DNA from: Hyalangium minutum
GTDB lineage: Bacteria; Myxococcota; Myxococcia; Myxococcales; Myxococcaceae
Direction of reading: 5' to 3'
Assembly: GCF_000737315.1 (NCBI RefSeq)
Contig: NZ_JMCB01000006.1
Coordinates: forward strand, 248,001-312,000
DNA: 64,000 nt
Part shown: piece by piece, positions 9,314-18,531 of the stretch
Position numbering within the stretch: the first letter of the stretch is position 1
Layout: every line of letters starts with the position of its first letter
Notes under the pieces: model-generated
The model's database searches: none
What the model saw: the letters and a program-made list of their open reading frames with translations, nothing else
Told to the model about the DNA's origin: nothing
Translations under genes and position numbers: made by a program

Positions 9314-9718
9314 CTACTGGGGCGGGGCCCAGGACAGCCCGTAGAAGCCCAGCGTCGTGTCGAGCACCGAGCGCAGTTCGCCGATACTCCACGGGCGGGC
9401 CAGGGTGAAGTGGCTCACGGAGCCTCGCCGCAGGGAGGAGGCCTGCGCCCGCTCCAGCACACTCGAGAGCAGGATGCGGGGGCCCTCGTAGGCGTGGTCC
9501 ACCAGCCGGGCCAGGAACCACGGGGCGCCGAGCGCATCGCTCAAGTCCAGATCCACGATGATGGCCGCGATCGCAGGGCGCGCCGAGAGCTGACGCACGG
9601 CGGAGGCGAAAGTGGTGGCGTTGAGCAGCTCGAAATCCCGAGCCAGCTCGCGGGCCACGGCGTTACGCACTGCGGCGGCCTCCGCGACGATGAGGACCAC
9701 GGGCAGCAGGTCCGACAC
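9314..9718 (-). CDS. Atypical (pseudo-)receiver domain protein
   Basis: VLIVAE...IIVDLDL...RILLSS...LARPW matches the CheY fold with degenerate motifs. Start uncertain. Confidence 0.6.
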   Translation of the reverse strand: MSDLLPVVLIVAEAAAVRNAVARELARDFELLNATTFASAVRQLSARPAIAAIIVDLDLSDALGAPWFLARLVDHAYEGPRILLSSVLERAQASSLRRGSVSHFTLARPWSIGELRSVLDTTLGFYGLSWAPPQ

Positions 9719-9981
9719 GGGCCGTTCGAGAGGCGTGGCGTGCGGCGAGGGTGTGCCCTGGAGCCACGGCGCGGGCAGAGCCACACTGTCCTGCACGAGC
9801 GGCCGGCGGCGGAGCGTGGGGCGCTCCGTGCTCAGGGCGTGACGGACGGCGGCTTGGAGACCAGCACTGGAGAGGGGCAGTCTGGACACGCGAGCAGGGT
9901 ACGCCTCGGCTCTTGCGTGAATCAATCGCGCGAAGCGCTTGCGTACATGCCCCGCGGGACGAGGCCTTCGTGCGGTAACGC

Positions 9982-11202
9982 CTACTCGGCCACGAGTGTC
10001 AGCTCGGTGATCTCTGGCGCAGGGCCCAGGCGCAGCGGAGGCCCCCAGTAGCCGGTGCCCCGGCTCGTGTACACGCGAACGCCAGCGATGTGCGCGAGTC
10101 CCCGGATCACGGGCTGCTGGAGCTTCACGAAGAACATGAAGGGGAACAGCTGCCCGCCGTGGGTGTGTCCGGAGAGCTGCAGATCCACTCCCAGGTTCTT
10201 GGCCAGGAAGGCCGTGCGCGGCTGGTGGGCCAGGAGCACGCGCGGCACGCCCTCGGGAGCGCCCGCCAGCGCCAAGTCCGGACGGCACGCGTGGGCCGGA
10301 TCCATCCGCCCTCCCTCATGGTCCGTCACGCCTGCGACGACGAGCCGGGCCTCCGAGCGCTCCACCACACGGTGCTCGTTGTGCAGCACGGTGAGGCCCA
10401 GCCCGGAGACCTCGGCGGCCCAGGCGGCGCCTCCGTGGTAGTACTCGTGGTTGCCGGTGACGTAGTAGACGCCGAGCGGAGCGCGCAGCTCCGAGAGGGG
10501 CTTCACCTCCTCGCGCAGCGTGCGGACGCTGCCGTCCACCAGGTCTCCCGTCACCGCGATGATGTCCGGCTGCAAGGCGTTCACCTGCTCCACGACGCGC
10601 CGCAGGAAGTGCCGGTCGAGGGTGGGGCCGATGTGGATGTCGGAGATCTGCACCACGCGGACGCCGTGCAGCCCACTGCCGAGCTTCTTCACGGGGATCT
10701 TCAGCCGCTCGATGCGAGCCCGGCCGCGCGCAGTGAGGAAGGCGAAGGCGAGCGCTGGCAGCACCACGGCAAGGATGGCCACGGCCTTGCCCCGGGCGAG
10801 CGCCAGGGCCTCGGGCGCGGAGCCGAGCAGGTTCCAGAGGCCGACGACGAGGTCCGCCACGAGCACGGAGGGGAGAAGCAGGCCGAAGGTGCCCAGCCAC
10901 AGCATGGAGGTCCAGTACAGCACCTGATTGAGCAGGGTGGGCCGGCGGCGGGACGCGATGAACCCCAGCGGGATGGAGAAGAAGAGCAGCCACAGGGCGG
11001 TCCAGCCAATCGCCGTCCACGGCTGTCCGAGGTTCGGCTCCGACAGCAGCCGGAGCCCGATGTAGCCGTGGAGGGCGCCCACGAGGCTCACGGCGAAGAG
11101 CATCGCTACGAGGCCGCGGATGACGAGCCCGATGGGAATCTGGCTCAGCGGGACTCCGTCCTGCTGCGGCTCGTGCTCCATGCGCTGGGAGGCCTGCGAC
11201 AT
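9982..11202 (-). CDS. Membrane-anchored metallophosphoesterase (YkuE/YaeI-like)
   Basis: SDIHIG, GDLVDG, GNHEYY, LAHQP and GHTHGGQ motifs after 4 TM segments. Confidence 0.92.
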   Translation of the reverse strand: MSQASQRMEHEPQQDGVPLSQIPIGLVIRGLVAMLFAVSLVGALHGYIGLRLLSEPNLGQPWTAIGWTALWLLFFSIPLGFIASRRRPTLLNQVLYWTSMLWLGTFGLLLPSVLVADLVVGLWNLLGSAPEALALARGKAVAILAVVLPALAFAFLTARGRARIERLKIPVKKLGSGLHGVRVVQISDIHIGPTLDRHFLRRVVEQVNALQPDIIAVTGDLVDGSVRTLREEVKPLSELRAPLGVYYVTGNHEYYHGGAAWAAEVSGLGLTVLHNEHRVVERSEARLVVAGVTDHEGGRMDPAHACRPDLALAGAPEGVPRVLLAHQPRTAFLAKNLGVDLQLSGHTHGGQLFPFMFFVKLQQPVIRGLAHIAGVRVYTSRGTGYWGPPLRLGPAPEITELTLVAE

Positions 11203-11385
11203 CGTTCGTTCGCTCCCCCGCGGCACCGGCTCTGCCGCTGGACTCGGAGCCCCCAGCATAACGGGCGAGCACAGGCGCCGCCCGACATCCGGCAGCCTGC
11301 TTTGGGTTCAGGCTTGCTCTCTTACCCTTCGTTTCTCCTCTGGATTCTCGCGGTAGGCTCGGGTGTTTGCTAGGAGCACACTCGT

Positions 11386-12711
11386 ATGAGCCTGGACGTC
11401 CCATTCCTGCGCAGCTTCTTTCGAGCTGTCACCGATCGGCCCATCGAGTTCGATGATGGAGAGCCGTCTACCTACGTGCGGCTCTACGACTCGCCCGCGC
11501 TGGCACCACACGATCCAGTGGAGATGTTGGCTCGGCCCATCGAGTTCGCGCTCGGAAGCAGTGTCCAGCTCTTCTCTGGCTTCCGCGGCTCGGGCAAGAG
11601 CACGGAACTGCGCCGACTCCGCCAGCGGTTGCTCCAGCAGGGTTACAAGGTCGTCCTCTGCGACATTGAGGACTACCTCAACCTCTCGCAGAATGTGGAC
11701 GTGAGCGACTTCCTCATGGCCCTGGCTGGAGCCTTTGGGGAAGGCCTGCGTGCACAAGGCTACCTGAGCGGCGATCCTGCCGAGGAGAACTACTGGGACC
11801 GGCTGGTCGTCTTCCTCAAGGACACGGAGATCCGCATTCCCGAGGTAGGCGCGGGCGGACTGCTCAAGGCCTCGCTCAAGAGCGATCCTTCATTCCGTCA
11901 GAAGCTTCAGGAGCGCATGGCAGGGCACCTGGGCGCGCTCGTTGAGAGCATCCGCACTTTTTTCTCCTCCTGCATCCAGCGCATCAAGAAGAAGTTCGGC
12001 CAAGACACCGAGGTCGTCCTCCTCGTCGACTCGATGGAGCACATCCGAGGAACCTCCACCAACGCCGTGGGCGTGCAGGACTCGGTGATCAACCTTTTCA
12101 CAAGTCACAGCGACAAGCTCCAGTTCGCCGACCTGCATGTCGTCTACACCATCCCGCCCTACCTCAAGGTCCTGTACCAGAACCTCGGGACCCTCTACGC
12201 GCCGGGTGGTGTCTTCGTGCTTCCCACCCTCAAGATCCGCAACAAGGAGGGCTCCGAGGTCTTCCAGCCGGGTCTCGACCTCATGGAAAAGCTCATCTCC
12301 CGCCGGGGCGACTGGCGCAAGCTGCTGGGCGACAACCGCCAGACGCTCGATGAGATCAGCAAGCTCTCGGGTGGGCACCTGCGTGACTTTCTCCGTCTCT
12401 TCGCCGAGATCATCCGCCGTGCGGACAAGCTACCTGTACCGGATGCCACCCTCCAGGCTGCGATTTCCCAAGTCCGCTCCGAGTTCCTCCCTATTGCGGA
12501 CAAGGACGCGATCTGGCTGTCGAAGATTGCCGCCACCCACAGCGTCGCTTTGCCTGACAACAAGGACCTGCACGATCTGGCGCGTTACCTCGATACCCAT
12601 CTGGCGCTCTGCTACCGGAACGGTGACGAGTGGTATGACGTGCATCCTCTGGTGCGCGATGTGGTGCTGAATCAGGCGAAAGCCCTGACACCGGCTCCCG
12701 CCAAGCCGTAG
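11386..12711 (+). CDS. P-loop NTPase (STAND/KAP-like AAA ATPase)
   Basis: Walker A SGFRGSGKST, Walker B VVLLVDSMEH, SGGHLRDF and C-terminal WYDVHPLV. Confidence 0.85.
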   Translation: MSLDVPFLRSFFRAVTDRPIEFDDGEPSTYVRLYDSPALAPHDPVEMLARPIEFALGSSVQLFSGFRGSGKSTELRRLRQRLLQQGYKVVLCDIEDYLNLSQNVDVSDFLMALAGAFGEGLRAQGYLSGDPAEENYWDRLVVFLKDTEIRIPEVGAGGLLKASLKSDPSFRQKLQERMAGHLGALVESIRTFFSSCIQRIKKKFGQDTEVVLLVDSMEHIRGTSTNAVGVQDSVINLFTSHSDKLQFADLHVVYTIPPYLKVLYQNLGTLYAPGGVFVLPTLKIRNKEGSEVFQPGLDLMEKLISRRGDWRKLLGDNRQTLDEISKLSGGHLRDFLRLFAEIIRRADKLPVPDATLQAAISQVRSEFLPIADKDAIWLSKIAATHSVALPDNKDLHDLARYLDTHLALCYRNGDEWYDVHPLVRDVVLNQAKALTPAPAKP

Positions 12712-12728
12712 CGAGGAGCGGAGGCAAG

Positions 12729-15700
12729 ATGAGCCCCCCGTTCGAGGACGACCTGGGTCCATCAGGCGAGTTGGAGTGGGCTCGGCTGAAGCGGCAGGTG
12801 GAACTGGCCGAGGGATTCTGGCTCGGTTTCATCTTCGCCCCGAGCGCAAGGGCCACGGCGGCACTACGTCAGAGAACGGAGCGGTTACTTCGGGGACGAA
12901 CGCGCTCGCTCAGCTACTTTGCCCCGGCAGGCTCAGACGAGTTGCCGACAGTGCTGGCTTCACTACTCTCCAAGCCCGAGCATGCATCGGCTGGCGCGTG
13001 CTGGATCGAGGCATTGCAGGAGGATCCAGGGGATGGGTCCGCTCAGCCATGGCACGACTCCTGGCTGGAGTTGGTATCACGCATGAACGAGCGCCGGGAT
13101 GCCATTCGGCGGCACCTCGGCGGCGGACTCATCCTGGTGTCGTCTCCACGGATGAAGCCGCTGTTTCGCGAAGCTGCCTCTGATCTATGGGCGATCAGGG
13201 CGCTGGTCATCGAGTTCCAGCCCGGAGAGCAGCTCGCTCATGAATCACATGAGCCCAGGCACTCACTTTGGGAGTCTCAAACGCCGCCCGAGTGGACACT
13301 GGCGACGAAGGACCTCGCTTACATCCTGGCAGAGACGGGGAGGCTTTTAGCCAAGCCACATGCACGTGAGACGCCCCAGGCGATCGATGTCCTAGTACGG
13401 AGAGCTGCTGCTTTGACCGCCGCAGGCGAGACGGGAGAGGCCCTACAAGACGCGCGGCAAGCCATGAACCTCTTGCGACGCCATCAAGGCCGTGTTTCCA
13501 CACAACAACAGGTGGCTGTGCTGGAAACGCTCGCGCGAGCCGAAAAGGCCCATGGAGACCTGGATGCCGCTGCAGATCATTTCAGCAGAGCTGCGAAGTT
13601 CCTGAAGCCAGCGAGCAACAGGCATCGACTTCTGTTGCTTGACGAAGTCGCGAGCATCTCGCGTGAGCGAGGAGATCTCAGCCTCGCGAGTGACACATAC
13701 ACCGAGGCCCTCGCCCTCAGCCGCCAGCTGCGCTCCTCCCTCGGCGATTCCCCCACTGCCTTGCGCGACCTCTCCGTCTCTCTCGAAAGGATGGGAGACG
13801 TGCGCCTCGACCTCGGCGACCTGAACGCTGCGGCTGCTGCCTACGAAGAATCCCTCGCCCTCAGACGCCAGCTGCGCTCCTCCCTCGGCGATTCCCCCAC
13901 TGCTTTGCGCGACCTCTCTGTCTCTCTCAATAAAGTGGGCGATGTGCGCCGCGACCTTAGCGACCTGAACGCTTCGGCCGCCGCCTACGAAGAATCCCTC
14001 GCCCTCAGACGCCAGTTGCGCTCCTCCCTCGGCGATTCCCCCACTGCCCTGCGCGACCTCTCCGTTTCTCTCACCAAGATGGGAGACGTGCGCCGCGACC
14101 TCGGCGACCTGAATGCTGCGGCCGCCGCTTACGAAGAATCCCTCGCCCTCTGCCGTCAACTGCGCTCCTCCCTCGGCGATTCCCCCGCTGCCCTGCGCGA
14201 CCTCTCCGTCTCTCTTACCAAGATGGGAGACGCTCGCCGCGACCTCGGCGACCTGAATGTTGCGGCCGCCGCCTACGAAGAATCCCTCGCCCTCAGTCGC
14301 CACCTGCGCTCCTCCCTCAGCGATTCCCCCACTGCTCTGCGCGATCTCTCCATCTCTCTCAATGGAGTGGGAGACGTGCGCCGCGACCTCGGCGACCTGA
14401 ACGCTGCGGCCGCCGCTTACGAAGAATCCCTCGCCCTCTGCCGCCAGCTGCGCTCCTCCCTCGGCGATTCCCCCACTGCCTTGCGCGACCTCTCCGTCTC
14501 TCTCACCAGGGTGGGAGACGTGCGCCGCGACCTCGGCGACCTGAATGCTGCGACCGCGGCCTACGAGGAATTCCTCGCCCTCTGCCGCCAGCTGCGCTCC
14601 TCCCTCGGCGATTCCCCCGCTGCCCTGCGCGACCTCTCCGTCTCTCTCGAAAAGGTGGGCGACGCGCGCCTCGACCTCGGCGACCTGAACGCTGCGGCTG
14701 CTGCCTACGAAGAATCCCTCGCCCTCAGACGCCAGCTGCGCTCCTCCCTCGGCGATTCCCCCACTGCTTTGCGCGACCTCTCTGTCTCTCTCAATAAAGT
14801 GGGCGATGTGCGCCGCGACCTTAGCGACCTGAACGCTTCGGCCGCCGCTTACGAAGAATCCCTCGCCCTCTGCCGCCAGCTGCGCTCCTCCCTCGGCGAT
14901 TCCCCCGCTGCCCTGCGCGACCTCTCCGTTTCTCTCACCAAGATGGGAGACGTGCGCCGCGACCTCGGCGACCTGAATGCTGCGGCCGCCGCTTACGAAG
15001 AATCCCTCGCCCTCTGCCGCCAACTGCGCTCCTCCCTCGGCGATTCCCCCACTGCCTTACGCAACCTCTCCGTCTCTCTCACCAAGATGGGAGACGTGCG
15101 CCGCGACCTCGGCGACCTGAACGCTGCGGCTGCTGCCTACGAAGAATCCCTCGCCCTCTGCCGCCAGTTGCGTTCCTCCCTTGGCGATTCCCCCACTGCC
15201 TTGCGCGACCTCTCTGTCTCTCTCAATAAAGTGGGCGATGTGCGCCGCGACCTTAGCGACTTGAACGCTGCGGCCGCCGCCCACGAAGAATCCCTCGCCC
15301 TCAGACGCCAGTTGCGCTCCTCCCTCGGCGATTCCCCCACTGCCTTGCGCGACCTCTCCGTTTCTCTCACCAAGATGGGAGACGTGCGCCGCGACCTCGG
15401 CGACCTGAATGCTGCGGCCGCCGCTTACGAAGAAGCCCTCGCCCTCTGCCGTCAACTGCGCTCCTCCCTCGGCGATTCCCTCGCTGTCCTGCGCGACCTC
15501 TCCGTCTCTCTTACCAAGATGGGAGACGCTCGCCGCGACCTCGGCGACCTGAATGTTGCGGCCGCCGCCTACGAAGAATCCCTCGCCCTCAGTCGCCACC
15601 TGCGCTCCTCCCTCAGCGATTCCCTCACCGCTCTGCGCGATCTCTCCATCTCTTTCAATAGAGTGGGAGACGTGCGCCGCGACCTTAGCGACCTGAACGC

Positions 15701-16043
15701 TGCGGCCGCCGCTTACGAGGAATCCCTCGCCCTCTGCCGTCAGCTGCGCTCTTCCTGCGGCAATTCTCCCACCGCTCTGCGCGACCTCTCTGTCTCTCTT
15801 AACAAGGTGGGCGACGTGCGCCTTGACCTCGGCGACCTGAGCGCTGCGACTGCGGCCTTCGAGGAATCCCTCGCCCTCTGCCGTCAGCTGCGGTCCATCA
15901 TGGGCGACACTCCGGATATGCGCCACCTGCTTATCTACGTCCTCACCCAGCTAAGTGACACGCGGCAATCGATGGGAGAGGGGGAGGCCAGTCAGGCTGC
16001 TCTCCGCGAGGCCTCCTCGCTCAGGGCGTCTTCCGAGCAGTAA
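12729..16043 (+). CDS. TPR-repeat protein with an N-terminal degenerate NTPase-like domain and 15 x 48-aa repeats
   Basis: 1104-aa ORF with RBS GGAGG, 17 bp after the ATPase stop. Repeat consensus RQLRSSLGDSPTALRDLSVSLxxxGDVRRDLGDLNAAAAAYEESLALx. Confidence 0.9.
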   Translation: MSPPFEDDLGPSGELEWARLKRQVELAEGFWLGFIFAPSARATAALRQRTERLLRGRTRSLSYFAPAGSDELPTVLASLLSKPEHASAGACWIEALQEDPGDGSAQPWHDSWLELVSRMNERRDAIRRHLGGGLILVSSPRMKPLFREAASDLWAIRALVIEFQPGEQLAHESHEPRHSLWESQTPPEWTLATKDLAYILAETGRLLAKPHARETPQAIDVLVRRAAALTAAGETGEALQDARQAMNLLRRHQGRVSTQQQVAVLETLARAEKAHGDLDAAADHFSRAAKFLKPASNRHRLLLLDEVASISRERGDLSLASDTYTEALALSRQLRSSLGDSPTALRDLSVSLERMGDVRLDLGDLNAAAAAYEESLALRRQLRSSLGDSPTALRDLSVSLNKVGDVRRDLSDLNASAAAYEESLALRRQLRSSLGDSPTALRDLSVSLTKMGDVRRDLGDLNAAAAAYEESLALCRQLRSSLGDSPAALRDLSVSLTKMGDARRDLGDLNVAAAAYEESLALSRHLRSSLSDSPTALRDLSISLNGVGDVRRDLGDLNAAAAAYEESLALCRQLRSSLGDSPTALRDLSVSLTRVGDVRRDLGDLNAATAAYEEFLALCRQLRSSLGDSPAALRDLSVSLEKVGDARLDLGDLNAAAAAYEESLALRRQLRSSLGDSPTALRDLSVSLNKVGDVRRDLSDLNASAAAYEESLALCRQLRSSLGDSPAALRDLSVSLTKMGDVRRDLGDLNAAAAAYEESLALCRQLRSSLGDSPTALRNLSVSLTKMGDVRRDLGDLNAAAAAYEESLALCRQLRSSLGDSPTALRDLSVSLNKVGDVRRDLSDLNAAAAAHEESLALRRQLRSSLGDSPTALRDLSVSLTKMGDVRRDLGDLNAAAAAYEEALALCRQLRSSLGDSLAVLRDLSVSLTKMGDARRDLGDLNVAAAAYEESLALSRHLRSSLSDSLTALRDLSISFNRVGDVRRDLSDLNAAAAAYEESLALCRQLRSSCGNSPTALRDLSVSLNKVGDVRLDLGDLSAATAAFEESLALCRQLRSIMGDTPDMRHLLIYVLTQLSDTRQSMGEGEASQAALREASSLRASSEQ
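13722..15881 (+). repeat. 15 x 144-bp in-frame tandem repeat
   Basis: 15 units counted in the translation. 15 x 144 = 2160 bp, matching the span 13722-15881. Confidence 0.95.
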
Positions 16044-16122
16044 TTCTCGCTCGCCCTGCCACTCGCTTGAGCAAAAATGTGGGGTAAATCGCTAGGGTCT
16101 CCTCAAATCGCCTTAACCCGCC

Positions 16123-17862
16123 CTACTCTTGGCGGCGGCGGCGCGCAGCGCCCAGGACCAGCACCAGCGTCAAGGCGCCTACTCCTGCCCCGGGCGAAGC
16201 TCCGCACCCGCAGCCCACCTCGAACACCGAAGGTGACGTCACTCCGCCGGTTGAGGACGCTGTCACATCGAAGCGGTTGGGCGTGGACTGTAGGCTGTAG
16301 GACCCCAGTTCCTCCGCCGAGGCCCACAGTTCATGTGCACCTTCGGCGAGATCCGCGGGCACGTCGTACACAAAGGCCCCCGTGCTGTCCGCTGTCACCT
16401 GCGCATACTCCGTCCCCTCCAGGAACAGATGAACGGAGACTCCCGGTTGCGCAGTGCCTTCGATGCGAGGCTTCCGCGCCACGCCCGTGGCACCATTCGC
16501 GGGCTGGGTCAGCACGGGCGCCGAGGGCACTCGGAAAGGCTGTGAGTACGTGGTCTCGGAACCGTAGGCGGCACCGGAATCGATCGTGCTCGGGCCCGCC
16601 CCAAAGGGGCCACCGGCCGCCGTCGACTGGCCGGGATAGCCCGCGACCACCGAGACCTTGCACGCGATGAACTCGCCCTGCAGCAGGACGACGCCACCGC
16701 CACCGCCTCCGCCAGGCCCCGATTCATTCGTCACGTTGCGGGTGTCTCCGCCCGCTCCGCCCGAGGCCTGCACGAGACCACACGTCAGCGTCCGCTCGGC
16801 GCGCAGGGAGATGGCACCGCCCGCACCTCCACCTCCCGCACCGTCATCGCCCGCGGAGGCTACATAGTCCGCGGAGGCGCCCATGGCGCTGAACCGGCCT
16901 GTCCCCACCACATCTCTCGCACGGATGAGAACCACCCCACCGCCCGCCGCCCCTGGAGTGCCTACATCCACATGGCCGCTTCCGCCCCCGCCTCCGCCTC
17001 CAAAGACGAGGCGCTCGTAGGGCAGATAGACCAGGGGAGCACCTCCCAGCCCTCCCACGTCATCCGGCTGCGGCAGCCGTCCGAGAGAGTACCCTCCCTG
17101 GCCTCCCGCCCCCGAGTGGCCTCCGCCTCCTCCGCCCGAGCTGTGGCAGTTGCCCGCCCCGCCCGCGTTGGCCAGGTTCCCCCGTCCCCCCGCGATACCG
17201 AAGCGCCCAGCCACCAGCCCCTCTCCTTTATAGGAGCTGCCCACCCCCGGAGCCTCATCGAGCGCCGTGCAACCTTCGCCTGCCAGGTGGTTGATGAACG
17301 CGCCGCCACGGAAGCCCGCGCCATCGGCGCCGATGAGCCCTCCATTGGTCAGCGTGCCCGTGGCCATCAGCGCCAGGATGCCACCCGCGCTCCCATTCCA
17401 GGGCACTGCCTTCAGCGAGCCGTCCTCGACCACCAAAACATCCGTGTACTCGGGCACGTTCACCACTTGGGCCGCGCTGGCCGCATAGCTCCTCTGCAGC
17501 GGCGCGGTCAGCCGCAGCGAGGCCTCTGTCGCCGCCTCCACCCGTGCGTATTCGAACCGTCCCACCGGACTGGCTTCGAGCGGGATGGCCGCTGCATCTC
17601 CCGAGGCCGGTGCGGGCAGCAGGCCCGTGGACTGATGCACGAGCACCAGCTCGCCCGCCTTGAAGGCTCCCGCGTTGGAGATCGTCAGCTCCTTCGTTCC
17701 AGCCGCCGCGTTCGCGGTGAGCGCTCCCACGTGGTTGATGACCCTGTTCGGGCTCAACACCTGCAACACGCCATCCCGGCCGGTACCGAGCCCGAAGGTG
17801 TCCGGCTCGGCCAGCGCACCACCCGCAAGGAGCCATCCAGCCAAGAAAAGGGGGATTCGCAT
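16123..17862 (-). CDS. AgmC-like secreted Gly-rich protein with an Ig-like domain and a MYXO-CTERM-type sorting tail
   Basis: Signal peptide then EPDTFGLGTGRDG. The C-terminus is GCGCGASPG-hydrophobic-RRRRQE. Start at MRIPLF. Confidence 0.75.
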   Translation of the reverse strand: MRIPLFLAGWLLAGGALAEPDTFGLGTGRDGVLQVLSPNRVINHVGALTANAAAGTKELTISNAGAFKAGELVLVHQSTGLLPAPASGDAAAIPLEASPVGRFEYARVEAATEASLRLTAPLQRSYAASAAQVVNVPEYTDVLVVEDGSLKAVPWNGSAGGILALMATGTLTNGGLIGADGAGFRGGAFINHLAGEGCTALDEAPGVGSSYKGEGLVAGRFGIAGGRGNLANAGGAGNCHSSGGGGGGHSGAGGQGGYSLGRLPQPDDVGGLGGAPLVYLPYERLVFGGGGGGGSGHVDVGTPGAAGGGVVLIRARDVVGTGRFSAMGASADYVASAGDDGAGGGGAGGAISLRAERTLTCGLVQASGGAGGDTRNVTNESGPGGGGGGGVVLLQGEFIACKVSVVAGYPGQSTAAGGPFGAGPSTIDSGAAYGSETTYSQPFRVPSAPVLTQPANGATGVARKPRIEGTAQPGVSVHLFLEGTEYAQVTADSTGAFVYDVPADLAEGAHELWASAEELGSYSLQSTPNRFDVTASSTGGVTSPSVFEVGCGCGASPGAGVGALTLVLVLGAARRRRQE

Positions 17863-17906
17863 GAGGCGATGGTGCCTCAGCGCACCGAGACCGGTCGAGT
17901 CTCTGC

Positions 17907-18443
17907 TCAGCCGACGCGCCGCACGATGAACTCGCAGTAGGGGGCCCCGTCGTGCATACACTGCTTCTCCTTCACGTCCGCGCGTTGCCCCAGCGCAAGA
18001 GCCAGCCCTCGCACGAGGCCGATGCCCATCCCGCACATCTTCCGGGGCGAGGCGTACACGACACGCACTGTGGAGGCATCCACGCGGTGGCAATCCAATC
18101 GGGACGGCTGGGCGTGCGGATCCTTGCGTACCTTCTCGTGGATGCGCTCGACGTTCTCGACCACTTCGAGGATGCCCCACCCGGGCTGGATGACTCCCCG
18201 GTAGATCTTCATGAGCCCGGGGACGATGAACTCACCGAAGTCCTCGAGTAGGAACCTCACGGAGCGCCCCATCACCCGCGAGGCCGCGTGGACGAGCGCT
18301 CCCACCTCTTCATCCGGGTAGCTCTGGAAGGCCAAGTAGATCCGCGAGGGGAGCTTCGCCTCTTTGACGAGCGTCTCCCAGCCCTGCTCGCCCATGCGCT
18401 CCTGCGCATAGGTGCGGAGCTGGTTGAAGATGATGCCGTGCAT
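17907..18443 (-). CDS. H-NOX (heme NO-binding) domain protein
   Basis: MHGIIF start, YPDEE, FGEF, a candidate proximal His (ERIHEK), a YxSxR motif (YASPR) and C-terminal CMHDGAPYCEF. Confidence 0.82.
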   Translation of the reverse strand: MHGIIFNQLRTYAQERMGEQGWETLVKEAKLPSRIYLAFQSYPDEEVGALVHAASRVMGRSVRFLLEDFGEFIVPGLMKIYRGVIQPGWGILEVVENVERIHEKVRKDPHAQPSRLDCHRVDASTVRVVYASPRKMCGMGIGLVRGLALALGQRADVKEKQCMHDGAPYCEFIVRRVG

Positions 18444-18531
18444 ATGCCTGCCTTGTTCGACCCCGCAGGGTTCGAGGCGCGCCCTACCCGCTCACGCCTG
18501 CCCCATCTTCCCACGGGGCTCGGAGCAGCCG

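Noticed and set aside
9719-10288. N-terminal 190 aa of the 9314..10288 ORF
   Set aside because: It overlaps the metallophosphoesterase and reads as non-coding composition. Only the receiver-like C-terminus is retained.
13722-15881. Possible CRISPR array or ncRNA repeat
   Set aside because: The units are 144 bp, contiguous and in frame, with no unique spacers, and no cas genes are present.
13443-15926. Long antisense ORFs (13443..15023, 15057..15926) over the TPR array
   Set aside because: They are shadows of the repeated sense gene: a stop-free unit repeats automatically on the reverse strand.
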